A DNA stretch of 64,000 nucleotides from Candidatus Fervidifonticultor secundus (lineage in GTDB: Bacteria > Sysuimicrobiota > Sysuimicrobiia > Sysuimicrobiales > Humicultoraceae): the NCBI GenBank assembly GCA_031459385.1, contig JAVKIP010000004.1, forward strand, positions 96,001-160,000, given 5' to 3'. A program made the position numbers and the translations under genes. A model generated the notes under the pieces. It was not told the origin of the DNA, ran no database searches, and worked only from the letters and a program-made list of their open reading frames with translations. This document shows positions 55,513 through 64,000 of this stretch, piece by piece. Numbering within the stretch: position 1 is the first letter of the stretch; each line of letters opens with the position of its first letter.

Positions 55513-58194
55513 ATGCGGCAGCCCCCGCCAGTGGTGCCCGTGAGTGGAACGCTCGTCCTGCTCGATACCAACGGCCTGATCTACCGGGCGTTCTACGCCC
55601 TCCCCTACCTGACCACGTCATCCGGGCGTCCCACGAACGCTGTCTACGGCCTGACGGCCATGGTCCTCAAGGTGCTGGAGGACGAGCGGCCCGATTACAT
55701 CGCCGCCGCGTTCGACCGGCCGGAACCGACCTTTCGGCACGAGCGGTACGAGGCCTACAAGGCGCACCGGGAGGCCATGCCCGACGACCTCCGGCCCCAG
55801 GTGGCCACCGCCAAACAGGTGCTCGAAGCGCTGAGGATCCCCATCGTCGAGGTGCCGGGGTACGAGGCCGACGACGTCATCGCCACGCTGGCGCGCCGCG
55901 CCGTGGCCGACGGCCTCGAGGTCCTGATCGTCAGCGGCGACCTCGACACGCTGCAGCTGGTGGACGGCCGGATCCGCGTCATGGTCACGAGCCGCGGGGT
56001 CACCGACACGGTGGTGTACGACGAGGCGCGCGTACGCCAGCGCTTCGGCTTCGCCCCGGCACGCCTGCCCGACTACAAGAGCCTGCGGGGCGACCCCAGC
56101 GACAACATCCCGGGGGTGCCGGGCGTCGGCGCGAAGACCGCCGCCGCCCTCATTCAGCAGTTCGATACCGTCGAGCAGCTCCTGGCGCGCCTGGCCGAAG
56201 TGCCGCCGAAGCTGCGGGAGCCGCTGGAGCGGGCGGCCGACCAGGTCCGGGAGAGCAAGGCGCTCGCGACGCTGGCGACAGACGTGCCCCTGGCGGTCGA
56301 CTGGGAGGCGCTGCGCGTTCGCGCCCCGGACTGGGCGAGGGTCGAGGCGCTCTTTTCCGAGCTCGAGTTCCGCGTCTTCCTGGAACGCCTGCGCGCCCGG
56401 GCAGAGGCGTCCGTGGCCCCCGGTGAGCCGGCGGTCGCCAGCGGGGCGCACACTGCGGTCGCCCCCGGCGAGGCCACCGCGGCCGCCAGCGCGGGCGACC
56501 TGGTGCGCCTGGCCCGAGCCGGCGGGCGCATCGGCGTCGCCTTCGCCCGCGGCGAGGGGCATCCACTGACGGCGCCGCTGCTGGCCGTCGGGGTGGCCTC
56601 GGCGGCCGGCGCGGCGTGGCTGGGGCTCGACGGCGACCGTCTCCCCCCGGAGATCGCGGCCGTGCTGGAGGATCCGACGGTGCGCAAGGTCAGCGCCGAC
56701 GTGAAGGGTGACCTGCTCACGCTCGAAGGCCGCGGCGTGCGCCCAGCCGGGTTCGACTTCGACGTGGGCATCGCCTCGTATCTCCTGAACCCCGGCAAGC
56801 GCACCCACACGCTGGCTACGGCGGCGCGTGAATTCCTCGGCCTCGACCTGGACGCGGACCGGGGGGGGCGGCCGGATGCCCTCGATGGCGTGTGGGCGGC
56901 CCGGGCGGCGGCAGCCCTGCTGCGTCTGCGCGAGGTCCTGGAGCCGCGCCTGGAAGAGCGGCAGCTGGACCGGCTGTTCGCGGAGGTGGAGCTGCCGCTG
57001 GCGGCTGTGCTGGCCGAGATGGAGCGTCACGGCGTCGCCGTCGATCTGCCGTACCTGGCTGCGCTGGGCGACGAGCTCGGCGCCCGCCTGGCAGCTGTGG
57101 AACGCGAGATCTATGCCCTGGTGGGCACCGAGTTCAACATCGGCTCGCCCCGGCAGCTGGCCTTCGTGCTGTTCGAGAAGCTCCAGTTGCCGCCGGTCAA
57201 GCGCACCAAGACCGGCTACTCCACCGACGCCGAGGTCCTGGAGGCGCTGGCGTCCCGACACGAGGTGGTGGCGAAGATCCTGGAGCACCGCGAGCTGGCC
57301 AAGCTCAAGTCCACCTATGTGGATGTCCTGCCGCGCCTGGCCGACGCGCGTACCGGCCGCGTCCACACCACCTTCAACCAGACCCTGGCAGCCACGGGCC
57401 GCGTGATCACGGAATCGCCCAACCTGCAGAACCTCCCCATCCGCACCGAGGAGGGCCGGAAGATCCGGCGGGCGATCATCGCCCCGGCGGGGATGGTCCT
57501 GCTCAGCGCCGACTACTCGCAGATCGACCTGCGGGTGCTGGCCCACGTCACCGGCGACCCCGGGCTGGTCGACGCCTTCGCCCGGGGCGACGACATCCAC
57601 GCGGTCATCGCGGCGGAGGTGTTCGGCGTCGCGCGTCAGGCCGTCACCCCGGAACTGCGCCGCCGGGCCAAGACGATCGTCTTCGGGGTCGCCTACGGCA
57701 TGAGCGAGCACGGCCTGGCTTTGCAGCTGGGGATCGACCGCGCGCAGGCCCGGGCGTTCATCGAGCGGTACTACGCCCGGTTCCCGGGCGTCCGTCAGTA
57801 CATGCAGCAGGTCGTCGAGCAGGCCCGGCGCGATGGCTTCGTGACCACCGTGCTCAACCGCCGGCGCTACCTGCCTGACCTGCGCAGCCGGAACCGTCAG
57901 GTCCGGGAGGCGGCGGAGCGGACAGCCATCAACACGCCGATCCAGGGCTCCAGCGCCGACATCATCAAGCTGGCGATGCTGGCCATCGCCCGCGAAGTGC
58001 CCCCGGCGCACCCCGGTGTGCGGATGACGCTGCAGATCCACGACGAGCTGCTCTTCGAGGTGCCCGACGGCGCGGAGGAGACCGTGGCGCGCCAGGTGGT
58101 GGCGCTCATGCAGCGCGCCTACCCGCTGCGGGTGCCGCTGGTGGCCGAGGCCAAAGCCGGGCCCAACTGGGCCGAGATGCGGCCCCTGCCGTGA
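55513..58194 (+). CDS. polA: DNA polymerase I
   Basis: 5' nuclease (YEADDVIATL, GDPSDNIPGV), TKTGYSTD, DYSQIDLR, AINTPIQGS.ADIIK, QIHDELLFE; start 55513 or 55540. Confidence 0.97.
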   Translation: MRQPPPVVPVSGTLVLLDTNGLIYRAFYALPYLTTSSGRPTNAVYGLTAMVLKVLEDERPDYIAAAFDRPEPTFRHERYEAYKAHREAMPDDLRPQVATAKQVLEALRIPIVEVPGYEADDVIATLARRAVADGLEVLIVSGDLDTLQLVDGRIRVMVTSRGVTDTVVYDEARVRQRFGFAPARLPDYKSLRGDPSDNIPGVPGVGAKTAAALIQQFDTVEQLLARLAEVPPKLREPLERAADQVRESKALATLATDVPLAVDWEALRVRAPDWARVEALFSELEFRVFLERLRARAEASVAPGEPAVASGAHTAVAPGEATAAASAGDLVRLARAGGRIGVAFARGEGHPLTAPLLAVGVASAAGAAWLGLDGDRLPPEIAAVLEDPTVRKVSADVKGDLLTLEGRGVRPAGFDFDVGIASYLLNPGKRTHTLATAAREFLGLDLDADRGGRPDALDGVWAARAAAALLRLREVLEPRLEERQLDRLFAEVELPLAAVLAEMERHGVAVDLPYLAALGDELGARLAAVEREIYALVGTEFNIGSPRQLAFVLFEKLQLPPVKRTKTGYSTDAEVLEALASRHEVVAKILEHRELAKLKSTYVDVLPRLADARTGRVHTTFNQTLAATGRVITESPNLQNLPIRTEEGRKIRRAIIAPAGMVLLSADYSQIDLRVLAHVTGDPGLVDAFARGDDIHAVIAAEVFGVARQAVTPELRRRAKTIVFGVAYGMSEHGLALQLGIDRAQARAFIERYYARFPGVRQYMQQVVEQARRDGFVTTVLNRRRYLPDLRSRNRQVREAAERTAINTPIQGSSADIIKLAMLAIAREVPPAHPGVRMTLQIHDELLFEVPDGAEETVARQVVALMQRAYPLRVPLVAEAKAGPNWAEMRPLP

Positions 58195-58240
58195 CGGGTC
58201 GCCGGCATGACGGGCGTGGGGTCATGCCCCACCCTGGGGC

Positions 58241-58873
58241 GTGAAGGTTATCGGCCTGACCGGGGGCATCGCCAGCGGCAAGACGCTGGTGGCCCGCATG
58301 CTGCGTGACCTGGGCGCCCACGTGATCGACGCCGATGTCCTGGCGCGCGAGGTCGTGGTCCCCGGCGCGCCCGCCTACCGCGAGGTGGTCGAGGCATTCG
58401 GCCCGGCGGTCGTCCGCCCCGACGGCACGCTGGACCGCGCCGCCCTGGCTGCCATGGTCTTCAGCGACCCCGAGGCCCGCGCGCGGTTGAACCGGATCAT
58501 CCATCCGCACGTGCGCCAGCGCATGGCCCAGGCGCTGGCCGACGCGGCGGCCGCCCACCCGCACGGGATTATTGTGCTGGTCATCCCGCTGCTGCTGGAC
58601 ACCGCGCCGGCCGACCTGTACCCTTTCGACGGCATCGTGGTCGTCTGGCTGGACCAGGCGGCACAGGAGGCGCGCCTGATGGCCCGCGACAGCCTGAGCC
58701 GCGAGGAGGCCCGGGCGCGGATCGCGGCCCAGCGGCCCCTGGCGGAGAAGCTGGCACAGGCGACCTGGGTGATCGACAACAGCGGCACGCCCCAGGAGAC
58801 CCGCCGCCAGGTGGAAGCCCTCTGGCGCCAGTGGCGCAGCGGAGCCTCCGAGGCACCCGCGCGCCAGCCCTGA
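58241..58873 (+). CDS. coaE: Dephospho-CoA kinase
   Basis: IGLTGGIASGKT, IDAD..AR, LNRIIHP, VIDNSG; polA-coaE synteny. Confidence 0.96.
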   Translation: MKVIGLTGGIASGKTLVARMLRDLGAHVIDADVLAREVVVPGAPAYREVVEAFGPAVVRPDGTLDRAALAAMVFSDPEARARLNRIIHPHVRQRMAQALADAAAAHPHGIIVLVIPLLLDTAPADLYPFDGIVVVWLDQAAQEARLMARDSLSREEARARIAAQRPLAEKLAQATWVIDNSGTPQETRRQVEALWRQWRSGASEAPARQP

Positions 58874-58903
58874 GGGGACCGGTGGAGCGCCGTACCGGCC
58901 CGC

Positions 58904-58912
58904 TGATATACT
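58904..58912 (+). promoter_or_regulatory. Extended -10 element giving a leaderless uvrB mRNA
   Basis: TG-A-TATACT followed after 6 nt by ATG at 58919; no SD. Confidence 0.65.
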
Positions 58913-58918
58913 GATAGT

Positions 58919-61900
58919 ATGCCCCCGTTTCAGATGGTCACCGACCTGCCGCCGCGCGGCGACCAGCCGCAGGCGATCGCCGGGCTGATCGAGAGCGTGC
59001 GCGCCGGTCACCGCTACACGACGCTGCTGGGGGTGACGGGATCCGGGAAGAGCGTCACCGCCGGCACGCCGGTCTTCTTGAAGCGCGGTAGCCGCCTCAC
59101 CCTGGAGACGATCGGAGAGGTCATCGACCGCGCCATGACGGCCCAGCCCGACGACGTGCGACGACAGGGGGACACCGAGATCCTCGCGCGGGTCGGGCCC
59201 GCGGATTACCTCGAAGCGCTCAGCTTCGACCCCGGCACCGGGACCGTCTCGTGGAAGCCCGTCCGCCAGCTTGTCCGACACCGCTCACCCGACGTCCTGT
59301 ACACCCTGTCAACGGGCTGCGGGCGGGAAGTGACCGTGACCGGCGATCACAACTTCTTCGTGCTGCGGCGCGGGCAGCTGCACCTGGTCCGGACCACGGA
59401 TATCCGGCCCGGAGACTTCCTCCCGATGCCGCGAGCCCTACCGGAGCCGGGCGAGTCCCTGAGGCACCTTCCGCTGATCGAGGCGCTCGGCCATGATCCC
59501 CGCGTCGACGCCACGGAGCCGCACTCCCACCAATGCCGGGAGCCGGCGGTGGTGGGCGGAGGTCCCACCGGCAGATCCAGCGCCCGTGGAGGCTCAAGCG
59601 GGCGGCGGTGGATGCCGCCTCCCCTTTCCCGTGGTGTCGTGGCCGCGACGGACGCACCCGCCGTGGGCGCGTGCGGCGGGACCCGGATACGGCGCTCCGG
59701 GATGCCCGCGTGGCTGCCGCTCGCGCCCGGGCTCCTGCGATTCATCGGTTACTACGTGGCTGCAGGGCAGGCACAGGACGCCTGCGTCACCATCTCATCG
59801 AGTGACAGGGAAGTCGTCGCAGATATCCTTGCTGTGGCGCGAGAACTCCCCGCGGGCGTCGATCATCCACCGGGGACGCGCGACGTGCAGATCCGTTCCA
59901 GCCTCTGGCGCGTGGTCTTCACGGCGTGGTGCGGATACGATGCGCGCTCCAAGCGACTTCCGCCGTTCTGGCCGCAGCTCTCCAACGAGCACCTGGCAGA
60001 GCTGCTGCGCGCGTACTTCAGCGCTGCCGGTGGTGTCGACGGCGATGAGGTCGCATGCACGACGGCAAGTCGCGAGCTTGCGTCGGATCTTTCCTATGCC
60101 CTCCTCCGCTTCGGCGTCGTGAGTCGGGTGCGGCCTCGTCCCCTGAAGCCTCCCCGCCGCGGGGAGGGGCGGACCGCCTGGCGCGTCGGCGTGTCGGGAC
60201 AGCCGTTCCTCCGGCGGTTCCATGACGCCATCGGCTTCGCGGTCCCGGAGAAGCGCGCGCGGCTTCGGGACCTTCTCGGGCGAAGCGACCCTGCCACGGG
60301 CGACGTCCCGCCTGTGCGCGGTGGCATGGGGCGTCACCGGCGGGCGCGCTGCGGACGCTCCCAGCATGAGGCCTGCGTCGGCCTGCCCGATCTCTGCTGG
60401 ACGCCCGTCCGGTCCGTCGCGACGGTGCCGGGCGAGGGCTTTGTCTACGACCTGGCCGTGCAGGACAACGAGACGTTCCTGGCGGGGTGGGGCGGCCTGT
60501 TTGTGCACAACACCTACACGGTGGCGCGCGCCATCGAGCACCTCCAGCGCCCCACGCTGGTGCTGGCGCACAACAAGACCCTGGCGGCGCAGCTCTACAG
60601 CGAGTTCCGGCAGTTCTTCCCGCACAACGCCGTGCGGTACTTCGTCTCCTACTACGACTACTATCAGCCCGAGGCGTACGTGCCCCAGACCGACCTGTAC
60701 ATCGCGAAGGACGCGTCCATCAACGACGAGATCGACCGGCTGCGCCATGCGGCCACCAAGGCGCTCATGGAGCGGCGGGACGTGATCGTGGTGGCCTCGG
60801 TATCGTGCATCTACGGCCTGGGCCGGCCCGAGGACTACAAAGAAGTGATGCTGCTCATCCGCCGCGGCGAGCGCCGGACGCGCGAGGAGATCATGCGGCG
60901 TCTGGTGGACATTCAGTACGAGCGCAACGACGTCGACTTTGCCCGCGGCAAGTTTCGCGTGCGCGGCGACGTCATTGAGGTCCACCCCGCCTACGAGGAT
61001 CGCGCCGTTCGCATCGACCTGTTCGGGGACGAGGTGGATCGCATCATCGAGCTGGACCCGTTGACAGGCGAGGTCCTCGAGGCCAAGGACGCCGTGGCCA
61101 TCTGGCCGGCCAGGCACTGGGTGACCACCGAGGAGCGCCTAGAGCGCGCGCTGGCGTCCATCGAGGCGGAGTTGCAGGAGCGCCTGGCCTGGTTCCGCAG
61201 CCAGGGCCGCCTGCTGGAGGCACAGCGCCTGGAGTTTCGCACCCGCTACGACATGGAGCTGCTGCGGGAGACCGGCACGTGCCCCGGCATCGAGAACTAC
61301 TCGCGGCACCTGGACGGGCGGGCCCCTGGGGAGCGCCCGGGGTGCCTGCTGGACTACTTCCCCCGGGACTTCCTGCTGGTGGTGGACGAGAGCCACGTGA
61401 CGATCCCGCAGGTGAAGGGGATGCTGGAAGGCGACCGGTCGCGCAAGCGCAACCTGGTGGAGTTCGGGTTCCGGCTGCCGTCGGCGTTCGACAACCGCCC
61501 GCTGTCGTGGGACGAGTTCGAGGCGCTGATCCCCCAGGCCATCTTCGTCTCGGCCACGCCGGGGCCGTTCGAGCTGGAAGTCAGCGCCCGGGTGGTCGAG
61601 CAGATCGTGCGGCCTACCGGGCTCGTCGACCCCCAGGTGGAGGTACGCCCGGCCCGGGGGCAGGTGGACGACCTGCTCGCCGAGGTCAAGGCACAGGTGG
61701 CGCGGGGGGAGCGCACGCTGATCACGACCCTCACCAAGCGCATGGCCGAGGACCTGACCGCGTACCTGCAGGAGCTGGGGTTCAAGGTCCACTACCTGCA
61801 CTCGGAGATCGACACCCTGCAGCGGGTGCAGATTCTTAAGGATCTGCGGCTGGGCACCTACGACGTGATCGTCGGCATCAACCTGCTGCGAGAGGGGTTG

Positions 61901-62524
61901 GACCTGCCCGAGGTCTCCCTGGTGGCCATTCTGGACGCGGACCGCGAGGGCTACCTGCGGTCAGAAACCGCCCTCATCCAGACCATGGGACGGGCGGCGC
62001 GCAACGTCTCCGGTCGGGTCATCCTCTATGCCGACGAGGCCACCGACTCGATGCGCCGTGCGATCGCCGAGACCAACCGCCGGCGCGAGATCCAGTTACA
62101 GTACAACGCCACCCACGGCATCACCCCCGCCACGATCGTCAAGCCCATCCGCGACATGATCGACATCGAGCAGGTGGCGGAGGAGCTGGATACCTACCGG
62201 CCTTCCACGGAGATCCTCACCGCCGAGGAGTTGATCCGCCTGGCCGAGACGCAGCGGGCCAAGGTCCCGTGGGATGTGGCGCGCCTGCTGATGCTGTCGC
62301 CGGCCGAACTGGAGCAGACGATCGAGGCCCTGGAGCGGGCCATGCGTCACGCCGCCGCCGAACTGCAGTTCGAAAAGGCCGCCGTCCTGCGCGACCAGAT
62401 CATGGAGCTGCGCAAGGGCCTGGGGGAGCCGTTTTTCGCCGCCGCCGGCGGGGGCCCCGACCCGGGCCGGCGAAGCCGCGGGCGCGCCCGCGGCTCCGCC
62501 GGCCGCCGCCGGCGCGGGCGGTAG
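58919..62524 (+). CDS. uvrB: Excinuclease ABC subunit B, intein-containing precursor (1201 aa; 714 aa after splicing)
   Basis: [15 protein letters not shown]|intein|[56 protein letters not shown] domain. Confidence 0.97.
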   Translation: MPPFQMVTDLPPRGDQPQAIAGLIESVRAGHRYTTLLGVTGSGKSVTAGTPVFLKRGSRLTLETIGEVIDRAMTAQPDDVRRQGDTEILARVGPADYLEALSFDPGTGTVSWKPVRQLVRHRSPDVLYTLSTGCGREVTVTGDHNFFVLRRGQLHLVRTTDIRPGDFLPMPRALPEPGESLRHLPLIEALGHDPRVDATEPHSHQCREPAVVGGGPTGRSSARGGSSGRRWMPPPLSRGVVAATDAPAVGACGGTRIRRSGMPAWLPLAPGLLRFIGYYVAAGQAQDACVTISSSDREVVADILAVARELPAGVDHPPGTRDVQIRSSLWRVVFTAWCGYDARSKRLPPFWPQLSNEHLAELLRAYFSAAGGVDGDEVACTTASRELASDLSYALLRFGVVSRVRPRPLKPPRRGEGRTAWRVGVSGQPFLRRFHDAIGFAVPEKRARLRDLLGRSDPATGDVPPVRGGMGRHRRARCGRSQHEACVGLPDLCWTPVRSVATVPGEGFVYDLAVQDNETFLAGWGGLFVHNTYTVARAIEHLQRPTLVLAHNKTLAAQLYSEFRQFFPHNAVRYFVSYYDYYQPEAYVPQTDLYIAKDASINDEIDRLRHAATKALMERRDVIVVASVSCIYGLGRPEDYKEVMLLIRRGERRTREEIMRRLVDIQYERNDVDFARGKFRVRGDVIEVHPAYEDRAVRIDLFGDEVDRIIELDPLTGEVLEAKDAVAIWPARHWVTTEERLERALASIEAELQERLAWFRSQGRLLEAQRLEFRTRYDMELLRETGTCPGIENYSRHLDGRAPGERPGCLLDYFPRDFLLVVDESHVTIPQVKGMLEGDRSRKRNLVEFGFRLPSAFDNRPLSWDEFEALIPQAIFVSATPGPFELEVSARVVEQIVRPTGLVDPQVEVRPARGQVDDLLAEVKAQVARGERTLITTLTKRMAEDLTAYLQELGFKVHYLHSEIDTLQRVQILKDLRLGTYDVIVGINLLREGLDLPEVSLVAILDADREGYLRSETALIQTMGRAARNVSGRVILYADEATDSMRRAIAETNRRREIQLQYNATHGITPATIVKPIRDMIDIEQVAEELDTYRPSTEILTAEELIRLAETQRAKVPWDVARLLMLSPAELEQTIEALERAMRHAAAELQFEKAAVLRDQIMELRKGLGEPFFAAAGGGPDPGRRSRGRARGSAGRRRRGR
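59051..60511 (+). mobile_element. Intein (487 aa) with degenerate LAGLIDADG homing endonuclease
   Basis: Block [11 protein letters not shown], block [15 protein letters not shown], block [17 protein letters not shown], block G GLFVHN followed by extein Thr; removal restores GSGKT. Confidence 0.95.
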
Positions 62525-62538
62525 CAGCGGGGACGCCG

Positions 62539-64000
62539 ATGGCACGGGACCGCATCGTCGTGCGCGGTGCGCGCGAGCACAACCTCAAGAACATCACGGT
62601 GGAAATTCCGCGGGACCGGTTCGTGGTGCTTACCGGCATCTCGGGCTCGGGCAAGTCCTCTCTCGCCTTCGATACGATCTACGCCGAGGGCCAGCGCAAG
62701 TACGTGGAATCGCTGTCTGCGTACGCGCGCCAGTTCCTGGGGCTCATGGAGAAGCCCGACGTGGACGGCATCGACGGGCTATCGCCGGCGGTCTCCATCG
62801 ACCAGAAGGGCGCCCCCCGCAACCCGCGCTCGACCGTCGGGACCGTCACCGAGATCTACGACTACCTGCGGCTGCTGTACGCCAGGGTCGGGACGCCGCA
62901 CTGCCCCAAGTGCGGGCGGCCCATCACGCGGCAGAGCCGGGAACAGATCGTCGATCAGGTGCTCGCCCTGGGGGAGGGCGCCCGCGTACAGGTGCTGGGT
63001 CCGATCGTGCGGGGCCGCAAGGGCGAGTACCGCCAGCTCTTCGACGACCTGCGCCGGCAGGGCTTCGCCCGGGTGCGGGTCGACGGTCTGGTCTACGACC
63101 TCTCGGAGGAGATCCCGCTCGACAAGCACCGCAAACACACCATCGAGGTCGTCGTGGACCGCCTGGTGGTGCGGCCGGAGATCCGAGCGCGCCTGGCCGA
63201 CGCGGTGGAGACGGCGCTCAAGCTCGGCCAGGGCCTTGTCTTCGTCGACGTCGTGGGCGACGGCGACCATGCGCCGGCGGGGCCGGCGCGGTCGCGCCGA
63301 CCGCGGGCCGCGGCCGCGGGGAACGGGGTGCTGGTCTTCAGCCAGCAGTTCGCCTGCCCGGACCACGGGACGGTCCTGCCCGAGATCGAGCCGCGCATCT
63401 TCTCGTTCAACAGCCCCTACGGTGCGTGCCCGACGTGCACCGGGCTCGGCTTCAAGCAGGAGCTGGATCCGGACCTGGTCCTGGACTGGGACAAGAGCCT
63501 GCTGGACGGCGCGGTGCTGCCGTGGGCCGCCTCCACCAGCGACTACTACCAGGAGCTCCTGCAGTCGCTGGCCAGCCACTACCGGGTGGACATGAAGACG
63601 CCGGTGCGGAGGCTGCCGCGGGCGTTCGTGGACGTGCTGCTGCACGGCAGCGGCGAGCCGATCCGGATCCGGTACCACAACAAGTGGGGGGTGCTGCGCA
63701 CGTACGACGCCCCCTTCGAGGGAGTGCTCCCCCAGCTGGAGCGCCGCCATCGCGAGACCGACTCCGACTACGTGCGGGAGGAGATCGAGCAGTACATGAC
63801 CAGCGCGCCGTGCCCCGACTGCCGGGGGGCGCGGCTCAAGCCCGAGTCGCTCAGCGTCAAGGTCGGCGGCCTGACCATCGCGCAGCTCACGGCCCTGACG
63901 GTGCGGGGCGCCCTGGAGTTCTTCGAGGGGCTGCGCCTCTCGCCGCGCGAGCAGCTGATCGCAGCCCAGATCCTCAAGGAGATCCGGGCGCGCCTGGGCT
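62539..64000 (+). CDS. uvrA: Excinuclease ABC subunit A, 5' part (runs off window end)
   Basis: Read manually (not in ORF track): [76 protein letters not shown]. Confidence 0.97.
   Translation, partial: MARDRIVVRGAREHNLKNITVEIPRDRFVVLTGISGSGKSSLAFDTIYAEGQRKYVESLSAYARQFLGLMEKPDVDGIDGLSPAVSIDQKGAPRNPRSTVGTVTEIYDYLRLLYARVGTPHCPKCGRPITRQSREQIVDQVLALGEGARVQVLGPIVRGRKGEYRQLFDDLRRQGFARVRVDGLVYDLSEEIPLDKHRKHTIEVVVDRLVVRPEIRARLADAVETALKLGQGLVFVDVVGDGDHAPAGPARSRRPRAAAAGNGVLVFSQQFACPDHGTVLPEIEPRIFSFNSPYGACPTCTGLGFKQELDPDLVLDWDKSLLDGAVLPWAASTSDYYQELLQSLASHYRVDMKTPVRRLPRAFVDVLLHGSGEPIRIRYHNKWGVLRTYDAPFEGVLPQLERRHRETDSDYVREEIEQYMTSAPCPDCRGARLKPESLSVKVGGLTIAQLTALTVRGALEFFEGLRLSPREQLIAAQILKEIRARLG

Noticed and set aside
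63255..63330. Low-complexity insert in UvrA and Arg/Gly-rich tail of UvrB
   Set aside because: Short GC-driven loop or tail extensions are common in high-GC genomes; no functional signal.

Overview
Very GC-rich, almost entirely + strand core chromosome of a diderm, Terrabacteria-type bacterium. An Armatimonadota/CSP1-3-like, probably thermophilic origin is my inference from the SLH-porin, LpxI, DUF3084, GuaB3 and HEPN-T/MNT genes. Gene order: (1) lipid A/LPS outer-membrane cluster (lpxD', a 602-aa unknown, lpxC, lpxA, lpxI, lpxB, lptC, lptA, lptB, lptF/G, ArnT-like GT, DUF3084); (2) cobalamin riboswitch with btuB, DUF6580 and tonB, then a YqgF-like gene; (3) FG-GAP propeller, ICMT-like gene and an SLH-porin with a long structured leader; (4) a small HEPN/MNT plus coiled-coil nuclease islet; (5) pyrDFE, hpt-guaB3-guaA, pcrA; (6) a peptide ABC region with 3 binding proteins, an internally deleted relic, 2 permease pairs, 1 ATPase pair, a second GT and an excisionase/BldC-like HTH; (7) gatCAB, an RlmD homologue, dnaE, TlpA, DUF881, FAD oxidoreductase, tRNA-Leu(CAA), polA, coaE, uvrB and uvrA (partial). 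Highlights: a 487-aa Ser1/Thr+1 intein inside the UvrB Walker A motif with both LAGLIDADG catalytic acids changed to Ala; an intact RlmD ORF that has lost its catalytic and SAM-binding motifs but keeps TRAM and the Fe-S cysteines; a PolA with a natural steric-gate Glu->Asp; and mutually exclusive RBS-sequestering helices ahead of the SLH-porin. All calls come from motif recognition by eye; no database search was run.
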